NCBI GenBank assembly: GCA_009777955.1
Contig: WRKW01000001.1
Coordinates: 162,309 to 226,308 of the forward strand
From: Alphaproteobacteria bacterium
GTDB taxonomy: Bacteria > Pseudomonadota > Alphaproteobacteria > Rs-D84
Direction: 5' to 3'
DNA: 64,000 nt
Shown in pieces: positions 34,556 to 43,854 of this stretch. Position 1 is the stretch's first letter, and each line of letters opens with the position of its first letter. A program made the translations under genes and the position numbers. The notes under the pieces were generated by a model, which made no database searches, was not told the origin of the DNA, and worked only from the letters and a program-made list of their open reading frames with translations.

Positions 34556-35500
34556 ATGGCTATTAAAGTCCGTGATTATGAGGTCAGGCTGACCAGAAAT
34601 AAAGAAGAACGACGCAAGGCTCGTCAATTGCGATATCGGGTATTTGTAGAAGAAGAAGGTGCTGTTCCCACGGAAGAGCAAAAAGAGCTTTGCGAGGAAT
34701 ATGACGATTATGATCAATATGCGGATTATATGGGCGTGTTCCATGGGGACAGCCTTGTCGGAACTTATCGCATCATCACCCGCGAGAGTGCCGAAAAAAT
34801 GGGCGGATTTTACAGCGAGATAGAATTCGACATTTCAAAAATAAAAAAGGTTCGTGGAAATATTGCAGAAATGTCGCGTGCTTGTATCGCGCCGGAATAT
34901 CGCGACAATAGCCTGGTCATAAGGATGCTTTGGCTGGGGTTGGGCGATTATATAGCAAAAAAGAGAATATCCATACTGTTTGGGATGGCATCATGGTTCG
35001 GCGTAAAGCCTTTGCAATATGCTATGGCAACATCTTATCTTTATTATAACCATTTGGCACCGTTGTCATTGCGGGCAAAGGTAGATCTGGATAAATTGCG
35101 CGAAGACGTTGATCCAAAAATGACGAAAATGAATATACTTCCCAAAGAATTTGTAAACGAAAAAGAAGCCTATACGCAGATGGGTGCTGTGTTAAAGGGT
35201 TATATGCGTCTGGGTGCAAAGTTTGGAAATGGCGTTTCGCTGTCCAATGACGCTTTCCCCAGTTATTCGGTTTTCGTTATGATACAGACCAAAGATATGT
35301 CAAAGGCTTATAAAAAACACTTTATGGGCGACGAAAATGCGTTTGACGATCTGGGGCTTAAACCCGGCGCGTGGAAGGTATTCGGAAAGGTGTTATTGTC
35401 GCCGGTAACCGGTCTGGCCGCGCTGGCGAAATTCTTTTTAAAGCCCGAAGATGCCGAAGCGGCAGAGCGTATTCCAGAAGAAGATAAAAATGAAGAATAA
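34556..35500 (+). CDS. olsB: Ornithine lipid N-acyltransferase OlsB (GNAT-like putative hemolysin family).
   Basis: From the internal ATG at 34556, MAIKVRDYEVRLTRNKEERRKARQLRYRVFVEEEGA... matches the OlsB N-terminus. It is followed by, and overlaps, an acyltransferase gene (the olsBA operon). Confidence 0.65.
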   Translation: MAIKVRDYEVRLTRNKEERRKARQLRYRVFVEEEGAVPTEEQKELCEEYDDYDQYADYMGVFHGDSLVGTYRIITRESAEKMGGFYSEIEFDISKIKKVRGNIAEMSRACIAPEYRDNSLVIRMLWLGLGDYIAKKRISILFGMASWFGVKPLQYAMATSYLYYNHLAPLSLRAKVDLDKLREDVDPKMTKMNILPKEFVNEKEAYTQMGAVLKGYMRLGAKFGNGVSLSNDAFPSYSVFVMIQTKDMSKAYKKHFMGDENAFDDLGLKPGAWKVFGKVLLSPVTGLAALAKFFLKPEDAEAAERIPEEDKNEE

Positions 35501-36335
35501 GCCAAGTATTTTCAGCTATATTTCCGCGTCTGTGCGTTTCGTTTTGTTCTGGCTTTGGGCTGTATTGAACTTGCCCGTTATGCTGGTCAATCCTGGGGGA
35601 CGGCTTGGCGTGTGGCAGTTCGGTATGTTCATGCGCGTCGGTGGTATTATTTGCGGGTTGCATTATCGTATAAAAGGCCGGGTGGCCAGTGCGCGTCCAT
35701 TGCTGATGGTTGGAAATCATATTTCGGTTGTCGAATTTTCGGTCATTCCTGGGGCATTGATGGCGAATTTTTTCGGCAAGGCAGAAATAGCAAAAATGCC
35801 ACTGGTTGGGATATTTGCGCGCAAGGCAGGCGTGCAGTTCATAGATCGAAATCCTGCAAAAGCGATTGAAATGACGCGCAAGATAAAAGAATTTACAGAA
35901 CGCGCGACCTGGCCAATGGTGATATTCCCTGAGGGGTTAAGCAGTAATGGTTCAAAGGTTTATCCTTTTAAATCGGCGTTGTTTACTATGATGGAACCCC
36001 AGTTAATCGGTGATAAAAACGCGGCTCAATTTACAATACAGCCCTTTGCTATGTTTTTTCGCGATAAGCGTGGCAATAAGCTTTCCGACATTTGTCTGGC
36101 ACAGCATTACGCATATTTTGATCCGAAAAAAACGCCGGTTATTATGGATGGAAAAGAAATACAAGTAAAGGAACGCAGCGCGTTCGGCCAGTTATTCCAT
36201 ATCATGGCACTTGGTGGCATGATTGTAGATATTCATTTGTTACCGCCGCCGCCTTTGGCGGGAATACATGATAGAAAACAACTGGCAGAAATGCTGTATA
36301 AAATTGTAAATAGTGAATATATGAAATATAAATAG
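35490..36335 (+). CDS. olsA: Lyso-ornithine lipid O-acyltransferase OlsA (PlsC family).
   Basis: It has an N-terminal TM segment and an acyltransferase block GNHISVVEFSVIP (an HX4D/E-like motif) and FPEGLSSNGSKVYPFKSA (the FPEG motif). It lies directly downstream of olsB. Confidence 0.6.
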   Translation: MKNKPSIFSYISASVRFVLFWLWAVLNLPVMLVNPGGRLGVWQFGMFMRVGGIICGLHYRIKGRVASARPLLMVGNHISVVEFSVIPGALMANFFGKAEIAKMPLVGIFARKAGVQFIDRNPAKAIEMTRKIKEFTERATWPMVIFPEGLSSNGSKVYPFKSALFTMMEPQLIGDKNAAQFTIQPFAMFFRDKRGNKLSDICLAQHYAYFDPKKTPVIMDGKEIQVKERSAFGQLFHIMALGGMIVDIHLLPPPPLAGIHDRKQLAEMLYKIVNSEYMKYK

Positions 36336-36422
36336 TCGATAACAGTTCAGTCGTTAGAAATTCTAACTATTATATAAAGCAAATGACGGCGATCGACTTT
36401 ATACCTTTAAAGGAAAAATAAA

Positions 36423-37862
36423 ATGTCAAAAACTGCAATTACCCCCACTCGCGCCGAAAATTTCAGCGAGTGGTATCAGAATGTAATAACCGCGGCAGAT
36501 CTGGCCGAAAATTCTCCATCCGCGGGTAGCATGACAATAAAACCGTACGGTTGGGCTGTATGGGAACTTATGCGTGATGAACTGGAAAGGCGCATAAAGG
36601 CAGAAGGTGTCAAAAATGTGCAATTTCCGACGTTGATACCGCTTGAATATTTTAATAAAGAGGCTGAACATGTCGAAGGCTTTGCAAAAGAATGTGCGGT
36701 TGTGACCCATCATAGATTGAAAATTATTGATGGGAAGCTGCAGCCTGATCCGGATTCCAAATTAACCGAAGCATACGTTCTGCGTCCGACTTCGGAAACC
36801 ATCATAGGCGAAGCCATGTCGCGGTGGATACAATCCTATCGTGATCTGCCCATGAAGTTGAATCAATGGACAAGTGTATTCAGGTGGGAAATGCGTCCTC
36901 GTATATTCTTGCGCTCGCGCGAGTTCTTTTGGCAGGAGGGTCACAATGTCTTCGCGACCGCCAAAGAAGCGGATGCCGATGCAAAAAGAATGCATAAAGT
37001 CTATAATGATTATATGTCCCAGGTTCTTGCGATAGATTCTGTAACGGGGGAAAAAACACCAGAAGAAAGGTTTGCGGGTGCAGACCATACGTATACCCGT
37101 GAACAGATAATGCAGGACGGAAAGGCATTGCAAGTGGGTACTTCGCATGATTTGGGTCAGCATTTTTCAAAGTCATTCGGAATAAAATTCCTTGGGTCGG
37201 ATGGAAAACTTGAATATGCTTATACGACCAGTTGGGGAACCACAAGCCGTATGCTTGGTTCTGTCATTATGACGCATGGTGATGATGACGGTTTGGTTTT
37301 ACCGCCAATGATCGCGCCGCATCAGATTGTAATTGTTCCGATTATACGTGATGAAAATACAGACGCTTTGAACGAATATGCAACAAAGGTTGGTTCCCGG
37401 CTTTCTGCCGTGGGTTTGCGGGTTCTGGTCGATACATCTGATATGCGCACTGCGGATAAGATGTGGAAATGGATAAAGCATGGTGTGCCTTTGCGTGTTG
37501 AAATCGGTATGCGTGAAATGGAAAGTGGCGTTGTTACCATTACCCGCCGGGATATAGGAAAGTCGTCACAAAAGACCGTTTCTGTTGATGAATTGGTATC
37601 TGGTGCATCTGTCTTGTTGGAACAAATCCAATCCGACATGTTGGCTGCGGTAACTGTACGTAACAAGACGATGATTCATGAAGTTGCGGATTTAAAAGCG
37701 ATGGAAAAAGGCCTTGCCGACGGCAAGATCGGGTTTTTCCGATTGCCCTATACCGCCACTTTGGTGCCAGAATTCGATATCTTGATGGAAAAGTATAAAG
37801 TCAGCCGCAGATGTCTGGACGATGCCGATCCGTCGTTTGTATTTGTCGCAAAGTCGTATTAA
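36423..37862 (+). CDS. proS: Proline--tRNA ligase, the eukaryote/archaeal-like class II type lacking an editing domain.
   Basis: The 479-aa protein has class II motifs (FRWEMRPRIFLRSREF motif 2, ...GTSHDLG.. motif 3 region) and the architecture of the short ProRS found in alphaproteobacteria. This is consistent with a separate ProX/YbaK gene at 18594. Confidence 0.9.
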   Translation: MSKTAITPTRAENFSEWYQNVITAADLAENSPSAGSMTIKPYGWAVWELMRDELERRIKAEGVKNVQFPTLIPLEYFNKEAEHVEGFAKECAVVTHHRLKIIDGKLQPDPDSKLTEAYVLRPTSETIIGEAMSRWIQSYRDLPMKLNQWTSVFRWEMRPRIFLRSREFFWQEGHNVFATAKEADADAKRMHKVYNDYMSQVLAIDSVTGEKTPEERFAGADHTYTREQIMQDGKALQVGTSHDLGQHFSKSFGIKFLGSDGKLEYAYTTSWGTTSRMLGSVIMTHGDDDGLVLPPMIAPHQIVIVPIIRDENTDALNEYATKVGSRLSAVGLRVLVDTSDMRTADKMWKWIKHGVPLRVEIGMREMESGVVTITRRDIGKSSQKTVSVDELVSGASVLLEQIQSDMLAAVTVRNKTMIHEVADLKAMEKGLADGKIGFFRLPYTATLVPEFDILMEKYKVSRRCLDDADPSFVFVAKSY

Positions 37863-37924
37863 TAGATAGGCTTTGCCCGCGCTGCGAATGGTTGTGTAAC
37901 CATATGTGCAAGTCAAGTTTAACC

Positions 37925-38040
37925 TGAACGGCTCTCGTAAGAGAGCCGTCATGCTTTTCGTTTTTTTGAATGAATAATGAATAATTAATGCGTCGCGCAA
38001 AGCGCACACCACCGTCGACGGCAACTTCGTTGCCGTTAAA
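37925..38040. repeat. MITE-like dispersed repeat, copy A. It has a stem-loop module plus a GAATGAATAATGAATAAT module.
   Basis: The copy reads aacggctctcgtaagagagccgtcatgcttttcgtttttttgaatgaataatgaataattaatgcgtcgcgcaaagcgcacaccaccgtcgacggc. Related copies are at 41195, 46575 and 49150. Confidence 0.55.
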
Positions 38041-38078
38041 AATCAGTATGCAAACTAATTAATTTTCAGAAAAAAGCA

Positions 38079-40820
38079 TTAAGCGGCTTGTTGCCAACCT
38101 TGACCTATCATCCAATTTTGACGTAGTAAGTCCAATTCGCTAAGCGGCTTGCCTTTGGCATCTACTTCTGACGATGCCTGTTTGAATTCTGCTCTTATAC
38201 GACTTTGGTGACGGAATGGATTCTGACTATCAGACATTCCCGATTGCAGAAAATCCCAATAATAAGTAAGTTCGCTGACTATATTCAGCTTTTCTTTCTT
38301 TGCTGGTTCCGCTTTATTTTTCAGTATCTCCTTTCTAGCATCGATTTCATTCTTTGCGAATTTCAAATCGAAATCGGCTTTTTCATGGGCTTCACGCTTT
38401 TTATCGTACTCTTTATAACTATCAGATTCGAAAACCGCCTCGATGTTTTTGAGATCATTGTTTTTTATATTTTCTATTTCAGATTTTAAAGTATCAGGCC
38501 TTTCAAATACATCCTTAATTGTTTTGGTTTGTGTAACTTTTTTTTCTTTTTTACTTATTTCGGCATCTTTCGCAGTTTTTGACTGAAAATTTGTTTTTAT
38601 ATTATTATCTATCGCTTCTATCTTTTTAGTCAGTTTATCCCATTCAGCTTTTTGTACTTGCGCGGCCTGTTCTATATTGACTGTCATTGGGCTTGCCCGA
38701 ACCAGCAAATTTTGTCCCATCCATGATTTATCCGCTTCCAACCGTTGTTTTTCCTGTTCCAACCGTTGTTTTTCCTGTTCCAACCGTTGTCTTTCTGTTT
38801 CCAATTGTCGTTTGTTATTCACAGCTGTTCTATGATCAGCTCTTGCCGCATTAAGGTCATAATTATCGGACAAATTCGGATTCTCTTCTTTTAGTTTTTT
38901 GATTTCTGCTTCTGCTTTGCTTTTATCAGATTCCAGGTTACTTATTCTTTTATCAATATTCTTTTTTTTGTTTTGAAAATAAGTAGGACTTTTGTCCCCT
39001 TGGTCACTTTTAAATGCATCCCTAGCTGCTTTCATTTCCTGTTCTGCGGTTTCCTTTTTAATCTTTAATTCGGGCTCTTTTTGTTCCCAAGTATCAATTA
39101 TCTTTTGAAGTTCTTCTGGCGATTCATTTTTACCCTTGATTTCGTTGTATCGATCCGCAATTTTCATCAAGAATTCGTTATGACTTTCTTTTTCTCCAAA
39201 TTTTAAACCGGTTCTATGATACGTGCGCCACAAATAGTTTAATCCTTCGAACGTGGCTCTTGCGCCGAATTTTACTACACGGTCAACTATGCGACCCATA
39301 AATGCCAGCGGGGTTCCTTTTGCCGATGGCATATCGCCAAAAAATCCCCAATTTGATTTTTCACCGAACAGTTTTTCGCGTACATTGCTGGTAAATGGAC
39401 CGTATTGCATTACGCTTAAAACTTCCAGCAAAATTTTTGCCGCTTCCAACTTGTCTTCTGTGGCTGCACGTTTTATTATAATCTCTACCAAATGATGCAT
39501 TTGCCGCCCGTTTTTCAGCGCACTTGCAAAAGATTTCTTTAAACCTTGATCTTTTGAAAATTCTTCCAAAAGCTCTTTACCCCATTTCCAGTTTGGTATT
39601 GATCCGCTTGAATTGGCTTCTACATAATTCCAAATGTCCTCTTGCTTTTCGACTATTTTACCCAGACCATCTTGCGGTTTTATTTCCAGTTTATAAATCC
39701 CGTCCACAACGGCTTTTGCAGCGGGGTTACTATAAGAATGGCGATGATGCCGATTTCCAAATTTATCCCACGTCCCTTCGCGATAGTCATTCCATGCCTT
39801 GTCGATGTGTTCGCGAATCCCCCTTTTATCATCACTTTTTGCGACAATCTGGTTAAATTTGTCGCCTTTATAATCTATATTGTCTTTGGCGGCTGCTATG
39901 GCTGCTTTTAAATCTGGTTCACTGTTGTCAAAAGCGCCGACGCGCTGGTCTTTTTCGTAAAGTTCAGACATCAAGACCGACCAGTTCTCTTTAATATATT
40001 TTATATCTTCTTTTTCATCAACTGGTTCGGGTTTTCTTCCATTTCGAAAAGCATTAATGGTTGCTAAGTCTATTTCTTTTGGTGTTGGATTCGCCGCATT
40101 ATCAATATTCTGACTCAGCATCTGCAAAGCATCTTCTGCCTTGTCAAAAAATTCTGTACCAGCTTCTCCTGGATTAAGGAGATCTGTGTAAAAACTATCG
40201 GGTACATCCACTTTAAAATTACCATAAGAGCTCCGTAACGCCACATTGAATGCATTTTTATTTTTATCGCTTTCATCTACGAATTTTCCGATCTTAATCA
40301 ATGCATTAAGAGCTTCTTTTTTATAAATATCTTCTGGTTTTATCGGTTGAAATGGTTTTGTTTTGTCTGTGCCGCTACTGTTATAGTATTTATCCATCCA
40401 ATCCAATACGAACAGCTTGTCTTTGCCCGGAACAGAACTTCTGGATGCGTGTATTTTGCGGAAATTGTCACGAAAGTATACGTAAAGTTTTTCCCAATCG
40501 TTGTCATTAAGCTTTACATTAATTGGTTGTCCGGCAAGATCGAATTTATTTTCACCATCTTCGCCACTATACCCAAGTGCTTTATATCCAACATCTGTTG
40601 GTTTGTTTATATGATCTTCCCAAATACCGCTGTTTGGGCATGGTTGCATAGAACGAAGATAACGCCACCACAGCAGTTGTGTTTTTGATGCTTCATTTTT
40701 TGAAACCATATCCTCCAGACGCACTTGCTGTGCACTGGGCATGGAATTCGCATGTAGCCATTTGTAATACTGGTCTGCAAAATTTGCCAGTGGTGTTGAA
40801 TTGCTGAAACTTGTTGCCAT
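38079..40820 (-). CDS. Large hypothetical coiled-coil protein (913 aa), a candidate secreted effector.
   Basis: It has no signal peptide and a central coiled coil with the heptad-like repeat QRLEQEK x3. It is a Lys/Glu/Asp-rich, low-GC gene bounded by MITE-like repeats (37925 and 41195) and tRNA-Leu(TAG). Confidence 0.5.
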   Translation of the reverse strand: MATSFSNSTPLANFADQYYKWLHANSMPSAQQVRLEDMVSKNEASKTQLLWWRYLRSMQPCPNSGIWEDHINKPTDVGYKALGYSGEDGENKFDLAGQPINVKLNDNDWEKLYVYFRDNFRKIHASRSSVPGKDKLFVLDWMDKYYNSSGTDKTKPFQPIKPEDIYKKEALNALIKIGKFVDESDKNKNAFNVALRSSYGNFKVDVPDSFYTDLLNPGEAGTEFFDKAEDALQMLSQNIDNAANPTPKEIDLATINAFRNGRKPEPVDEKEDIKYIKENWSVLMSELYEKDQRVGAFDNSEPDLKAAIAAAKDNIDYKGDKFNQIVAKSDDKRGIREHIDKAWNDYREGTWDKFGNRHHRHSYSNPAAKAVVDGIYKLEIKPQDGLGKIVEKQEDIWNYVEANSSGSIPNWKWGKELLEEFSKDQGLKKSFASALKNGRQMHHLVEIIIKRAATEDKLEAAKILLEVLSVMQYGPFTSNVREKLFGEKSNWGFFGDMPSAKGTPLAFMGRIVDRVVKFGARATFEGLNYLWRTYHRTGLKFGEKESHNEFLMKIADRYNEIKGKNESPEELQKIIDTWEQKEPELKIKKETAEQEMKAARDAFKSDQGDKSPTYFQNKKKNIDKRISNLESDKSKAEAEIKKLKEENPNLSDNYDLNAARADHRTAVNNKRQLETERQRLEQEKQRLEQEKQRLEADKSWMGQNLLVRASPMTVNIEQAAQVQKAEWDKLTKKIEAIDNNIKTNFQSKTAKDAEISKKEKKVTQTKTIKDVFERPDTLKSEIENIKNNDLKNIEAVFESDSYKEYDKKREAHEKADFDLKFAKNEIDARKEILKNKAEPAKKEKLNIVSELTYYWDFLQSGMSDSQNPFRHQSRIRAEFKQASSEVDAKGKPLSELDLLRQNWMIGQGWQQAA
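38745..38830. repeat. 21-bp tandem repeat (about four copies) inside the coiled-coil gene, encoding QRLEQEK.
   Basis: The unit ttccaaccgttgtttttcctg occurs twice perfectly, followed by two degenerate copies. Confidence 0.6.
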
Positions 40821-41052
40821 ATTTTAACCTCTTTCTCTGCTTCTCACACTATTAATTATAGCATCTTTTGTCAAAATTTCAAGGGCTTCTATAAAATAAA
40901 TTGACAAATGTGATTGTGGGGTCGGGGGGATATTAGAGAAGTATTTTGGGTAATTCATGGACAGAATTATAGTTACCGTTAATTAGTATTATATTCTTTG
41001 ATTGGAAAAAATTTGCAAATTTAAAAAATTTGGGTAAAATATTGTATGTTGT

Positions 41053-41137
41053 GCGGATATGGCGAAATTGGCAGACGCGCTGGATTTAGGTTCCAGTGGG
41101 GAAACCCATGGGGGTTCAAGTCCCTCTATCCGCACCA
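41053..41137 (+). tRNA. tRNA-Leu(TAG), class II.
   Basis: The sequence is GCGGATATGGCGAAATTGGCAGACGCGCTGGATTTAGGTTCCAGTGGGGAAACCCATGGGGGTTCAAGTCCCTCTATCCGCACCA. It has an acceptor stem GCGGATA/TATCCGC, an anticodon stem CTGGA/TCCAG with loop TTTAGGT (anticodon UAG), a long variable arm and a T-loop GGTTCAAGTCC. Confidence 0.85.
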
Positions 41138-41194
41138 TCCCTTGCGGTTATGGGTTGTAAAAATCAATAATTTCATGGACAGAATTACAATCTA

Positions 41195-41310
41195 AACGGC
41201 TCTCGTCAGAGAGTCGTCATGCCTGCGGCGGCAGGCATCCACTGTTCAATAAGGCATCGTGCGATACATACATTATTCATTATTCACTATTCATTCAAAA
41301 ACGAAAGGCA
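41195..41310. repeat. MITE-like dispersed repeat, copy B, in inverted orientation. It contains the stem-loop, GC-palindrome and inverted GAATAAT-repeat modules.
   Basis: The copy reads aaacggctctcgtcagagagtcgtcatgcctgcggcggcaggcatccactgttcaataaggcatcgtgcgatacatacattattcattattcactattcattcaaaaacgaaaggcatgac. It lies immediately 3' of tRNA-Leu(TAG). Confidence 0.55.
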
Positions 41311-41331
41311 TGACAGCGGCTAAGGGAAGTT

Positions 41332-43125
41332 TCACTCTACGATTGCTGGGATTACTACGATGTCATTATAACCACTAAGAAAACGGTTGCCAGTTTTACA
41401 ATATATCTTTTGCAGGGAATCTTTGTATTCACGTTCGGCGGCAGCATAGCGCACATCTATTTCGTCCTGTGCCCCGTGGTATGCCGAAAGCCCGCCAAGC
41501 GCACCACCCGCCACACCGCCGGTTACGGTTGCGGTTGTCCGTGCCTGGTTTTGAAAATCGACTAAGCGTCCATCATCGGCACTGTCGTATAATGGAGAGA
41601 AACTTGAGTTATTGACTCCATCAGATGCTACAAACAGGCTTCTTATTTTAGTACCTCTACGATATGCAATCGTACCTTTAAGCCATCCTGATTTTTTTTC
41701 TGACCATGTACTTGCATCTGGGGCTTTTAAGCCCTTTGTCGCATCATCAGGCAAAATCAAAACAGCAGGTTCTTCTCTGGTTACAAAAAAACCATCATCT
41801 ATCGGTATGTATGTTTCATAGCCATCGCCCTCACCTTTACAACCATCCCTATCAAGTTTAATATGTTTATTTTCATCCCAAAATTTACACCCTTTATTTC
41901 GATTCTCTGGCTTAGTAAATGCACTGGCCAATGACTCCCAATCTGTCCAATCTTCTTTGGTTCCGCATCCCCCTGTAGAGAGATCTTTATCAGGATTTTT
42001 TATTTTCCATCCTGTCGCTCGTATAGCGGTACAAATATATTTGTCTGGACAGTTTGAATGTGAAAATTCCTGTCTTGTACAAGTGACAATAGTATCTCTA
42101 CTGAGAGTTAGATATGCCAGACAGTCACTTTGGTCACATTTTTTTGATATCTTCTCACCGGCCGAGAGTATCGTTCCCCATAGACATTGCTGGTTCGATT
42201 TCGCGCCGACAGCTTCCGCATCGTCTGTAGCTTCCGTTTCACAATCCCGTATCATCAGCTTTGACTTTCCGATTCCAGACATGTTGCCCATAAATGCGCC
42301 ACCGACGGCATTAACGCCCGCACCCATCAATGTATTTCCCCCGACGTGCCCCATTTGGGTCGATGCGTATGTTACACCACCGGCACCAATTGCGCCCTTT
42401 ACCGCCGCGCCCAGATTATCTTTGGTTTCGGTTCCCGGATTGCTTCGGTTTAAAAAGAACATGCCTGCACCACCAACCAATGCGGCGGCGGCGGTTTTCA
42501 GGCCGGCATTTTGCTTTTGTTCTTGATCCATAATTTTTTTAACATCTTCCTTTGTGGGGGCTTTGTCTGCTGGGAATGTAACCTTTCCGGCATCTATGGT
42601 ATATCCGGATTCAGGAAAATGGCTTATGTTACAATCGACGCTGTCACCGGCGGCAACAAATGCATGTGCCAGCAGTATGTCATTATTGCCATGTTGCAGC
42701 CACATCCCGACTTCCGCTACGCATCTGGGGGTATTGTCACCAATGCGTAATCCGGCATTTGGTGCTGTCCATGCGAATTTTCCCTGGGGATTAATAGCGG
42801 CGCATCTTTGAAGTGCTTCGATGGCGACGGGCATATTTCCCGGCGCGACAGCACCCGGCGTGCGATAACCCATGACTATGGCGCGCGCGACATCCGGATC
42901 CACAACACGTACGGGCAGGGCGGCGATTTCTGCTTCGATTCCTTCGGGGGATGCATAATATGCGGCTTCGGCCTGCATCTGGGTAATCTGGTTGTATCCT
43001 TCGGCATAATATGCGCGTGGATTCGATTGCTGTGTTCCGCTGGTAATACGAACCGCGGCATGCGGGGATGATGCTGTTAAAGCAATGAATAATGAATAAT
43101 GAATAATGAATAATGTCTTTTTCAT
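41332..43125 (-). CDS. Hypothetical secreted Cys-rich protein (597 aa).
   Basis: The signal peptide MKKTLFIIHYSLFIALTASS is partly encoded by the GAATAAT repeat. There are many Cys residues in the central region (CDQSDCLAYL, CTRQEFSHSNCPDKYIC, GGCGTKEDW, CKFWDENK, DGCKGEGDG). I recognise no family. Confidence 0.4.
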   Translation of the reverse strand: MKKTLFIIHYSLFIALTASSPHAAVRITSGTQQSNPRAYYAEGYNQITQMQAEAAYYASPEGIEAEIAALPVRVVDPDVARAIVMGYRTPGAVAPGNMPVAIEALQRCAAINPQGKFAWTAPNAGLRIGDNTPRCVAEVGMWLQHGNNDILLAHAFVAAGDSVDCNISHFPESGYTIDAGKVTFPADKAPTKEDVKKIMDQEQKQNAGLKTAAAALVGGAGMFFLNRSNPGTETKDNLGAAVKGAIGAGGVTYASTQMGHVGGNTLMGAGVNAVGGAFMGNMSGIGKSKLMIRDCETEATDDAEAVGAKSNQQCLWGTILSAGEKISKKCDQSDCLAYLTLSRDTIVTCTRQEFSHSNCPDKYICTAIRATGWKIKNPDKDLSTGGCGTKEDWTDWESLASAFTKPENRNKGCKFWDENKHIKLDRDGCKGEGDGYETYIPIDDGFFVTREEPAVLILPDDATKGLKAPDASTWSEKKSGWLKGTIAYRRGTKIRSLFVASDGVNNSSFSPLYDSADDGRLVDFQNQARTTATVTGGVAGGALGGLSAYHGAQDEIDVRYAAAEREYKDSLQKIYCKTGNRFLSGYNDIVVIPAIVE

Positions 43126-43520
43126 TTTTTTAAACTGTCTTTTGTGTCATTGCGAGTGTGTCATTGCGAGAGCGAAGCTCGAAGCAATCTTTCTCGGTAC
43201 TGGGTTTTATATTTTCCCGGTTTTTCGAGATTGCTTCACATTCTACGAACACTCGCAATGACACTCTTTGTTTGACTAGATTGCTTCGCATTCTGCGAAC
43301 GCTCGCAATGACGTTTACACCCATAAGCTTTTTTTAAACTGTCTTTTGTGTCATTGCGAGAGCGAAGCTCGAAGCAATCTTTCTCGGTACTGGGTTTTAT
43401 ATTTTCCCGATTTGACTAGATTGCTTCGCATTCTGCGAACGCTCGCAATGACACTCTTTGTTTGACTAGATTGCTTCGCATTCTACGAACGCTCGCAATG
43501 ACGTTTATACCCATAAGCTT
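43118..43520. repeat. Tandemly duplicated palindromic element, two full roughly 190-bp units.
   Basis: The block aaactgtcttttgtgtcattgcgagagcgaagctcgaagcaatctttctcggtactgggttttatattttccc ... tttgactagattgcttcgcattctgcgaacgctcgcaatgac ... acccataagcttt occurs twice. Each unit contains the inverted repeats tcattgcgag(a/t)gcg and cgctcgcaatga. A related sequence (tcgttcgctatgctctctcgcaatgacag) lies upstream of the GIY-YIG gene at 43800-43850. Confidence 0.6.
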
Positions 43521-43795
43521 TCAAACAAATCTTTCCAATAAGGATTAGCTTTTGTTATCAGCTCTATTTTCTTTTTCCTTGAACCAGCTTTAAGTTGTTT
43601 TTCTCTTTTTATAGCGCATGTGACTTCTGAAAAGGTTTCGTAGTATCCAAGTTTATCTATATTATATTTCAGGGTAAATCCCTTTATCAGATGTCGTTTG
43701 TGTTCTCCTATTCTGCGATATAAATCATTAGTTATTCCGATATACAGTGTTCCATCAGGTTTATTAAACAGAATGTATACGTAGTATGTTTTCAC
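43505..43795 (-). CDS. GIY-YIG nuclease superfamily mini-protein (YhbQ/UPF0213-like), with a probable GTG start.
   Basis: The product contains YYVYILFNKPDGTLYIGITNDLYRRIGEHK (GIY-YIG core with Arg and Glu). A GTG codon at 43793-43795 gives a roughly 96-aa product of typical size. The longer ATG-initiated frame would overlap the upstream OMP gene. Confidence 0.5.
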   Translation of the reverse strand: MKTYYVYILFNKPDGTLYIGITNDLYRRIGEHKRHLIKGFTLKYNIDKLGYYETFSEVTCAIKREKQLKAGSRKKKIELITKANPYWKDLFESLWV

Positions 43796-43854
43796 TTTTG
43801 TTTTCTTGCTTGACGAGATTGCTTCGTTCGCTATGCTCTCTCGCAATGACAGGT

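Noticed and set aside
43118-43520. The repeat block was considered as a possible CRISPR array.
   Set aside because: There are only two long units of about 190 bp. Each is internally palindromic, with no short unique spacers and no cas genes nearby. It is a tandem duplication, not CRISPR.
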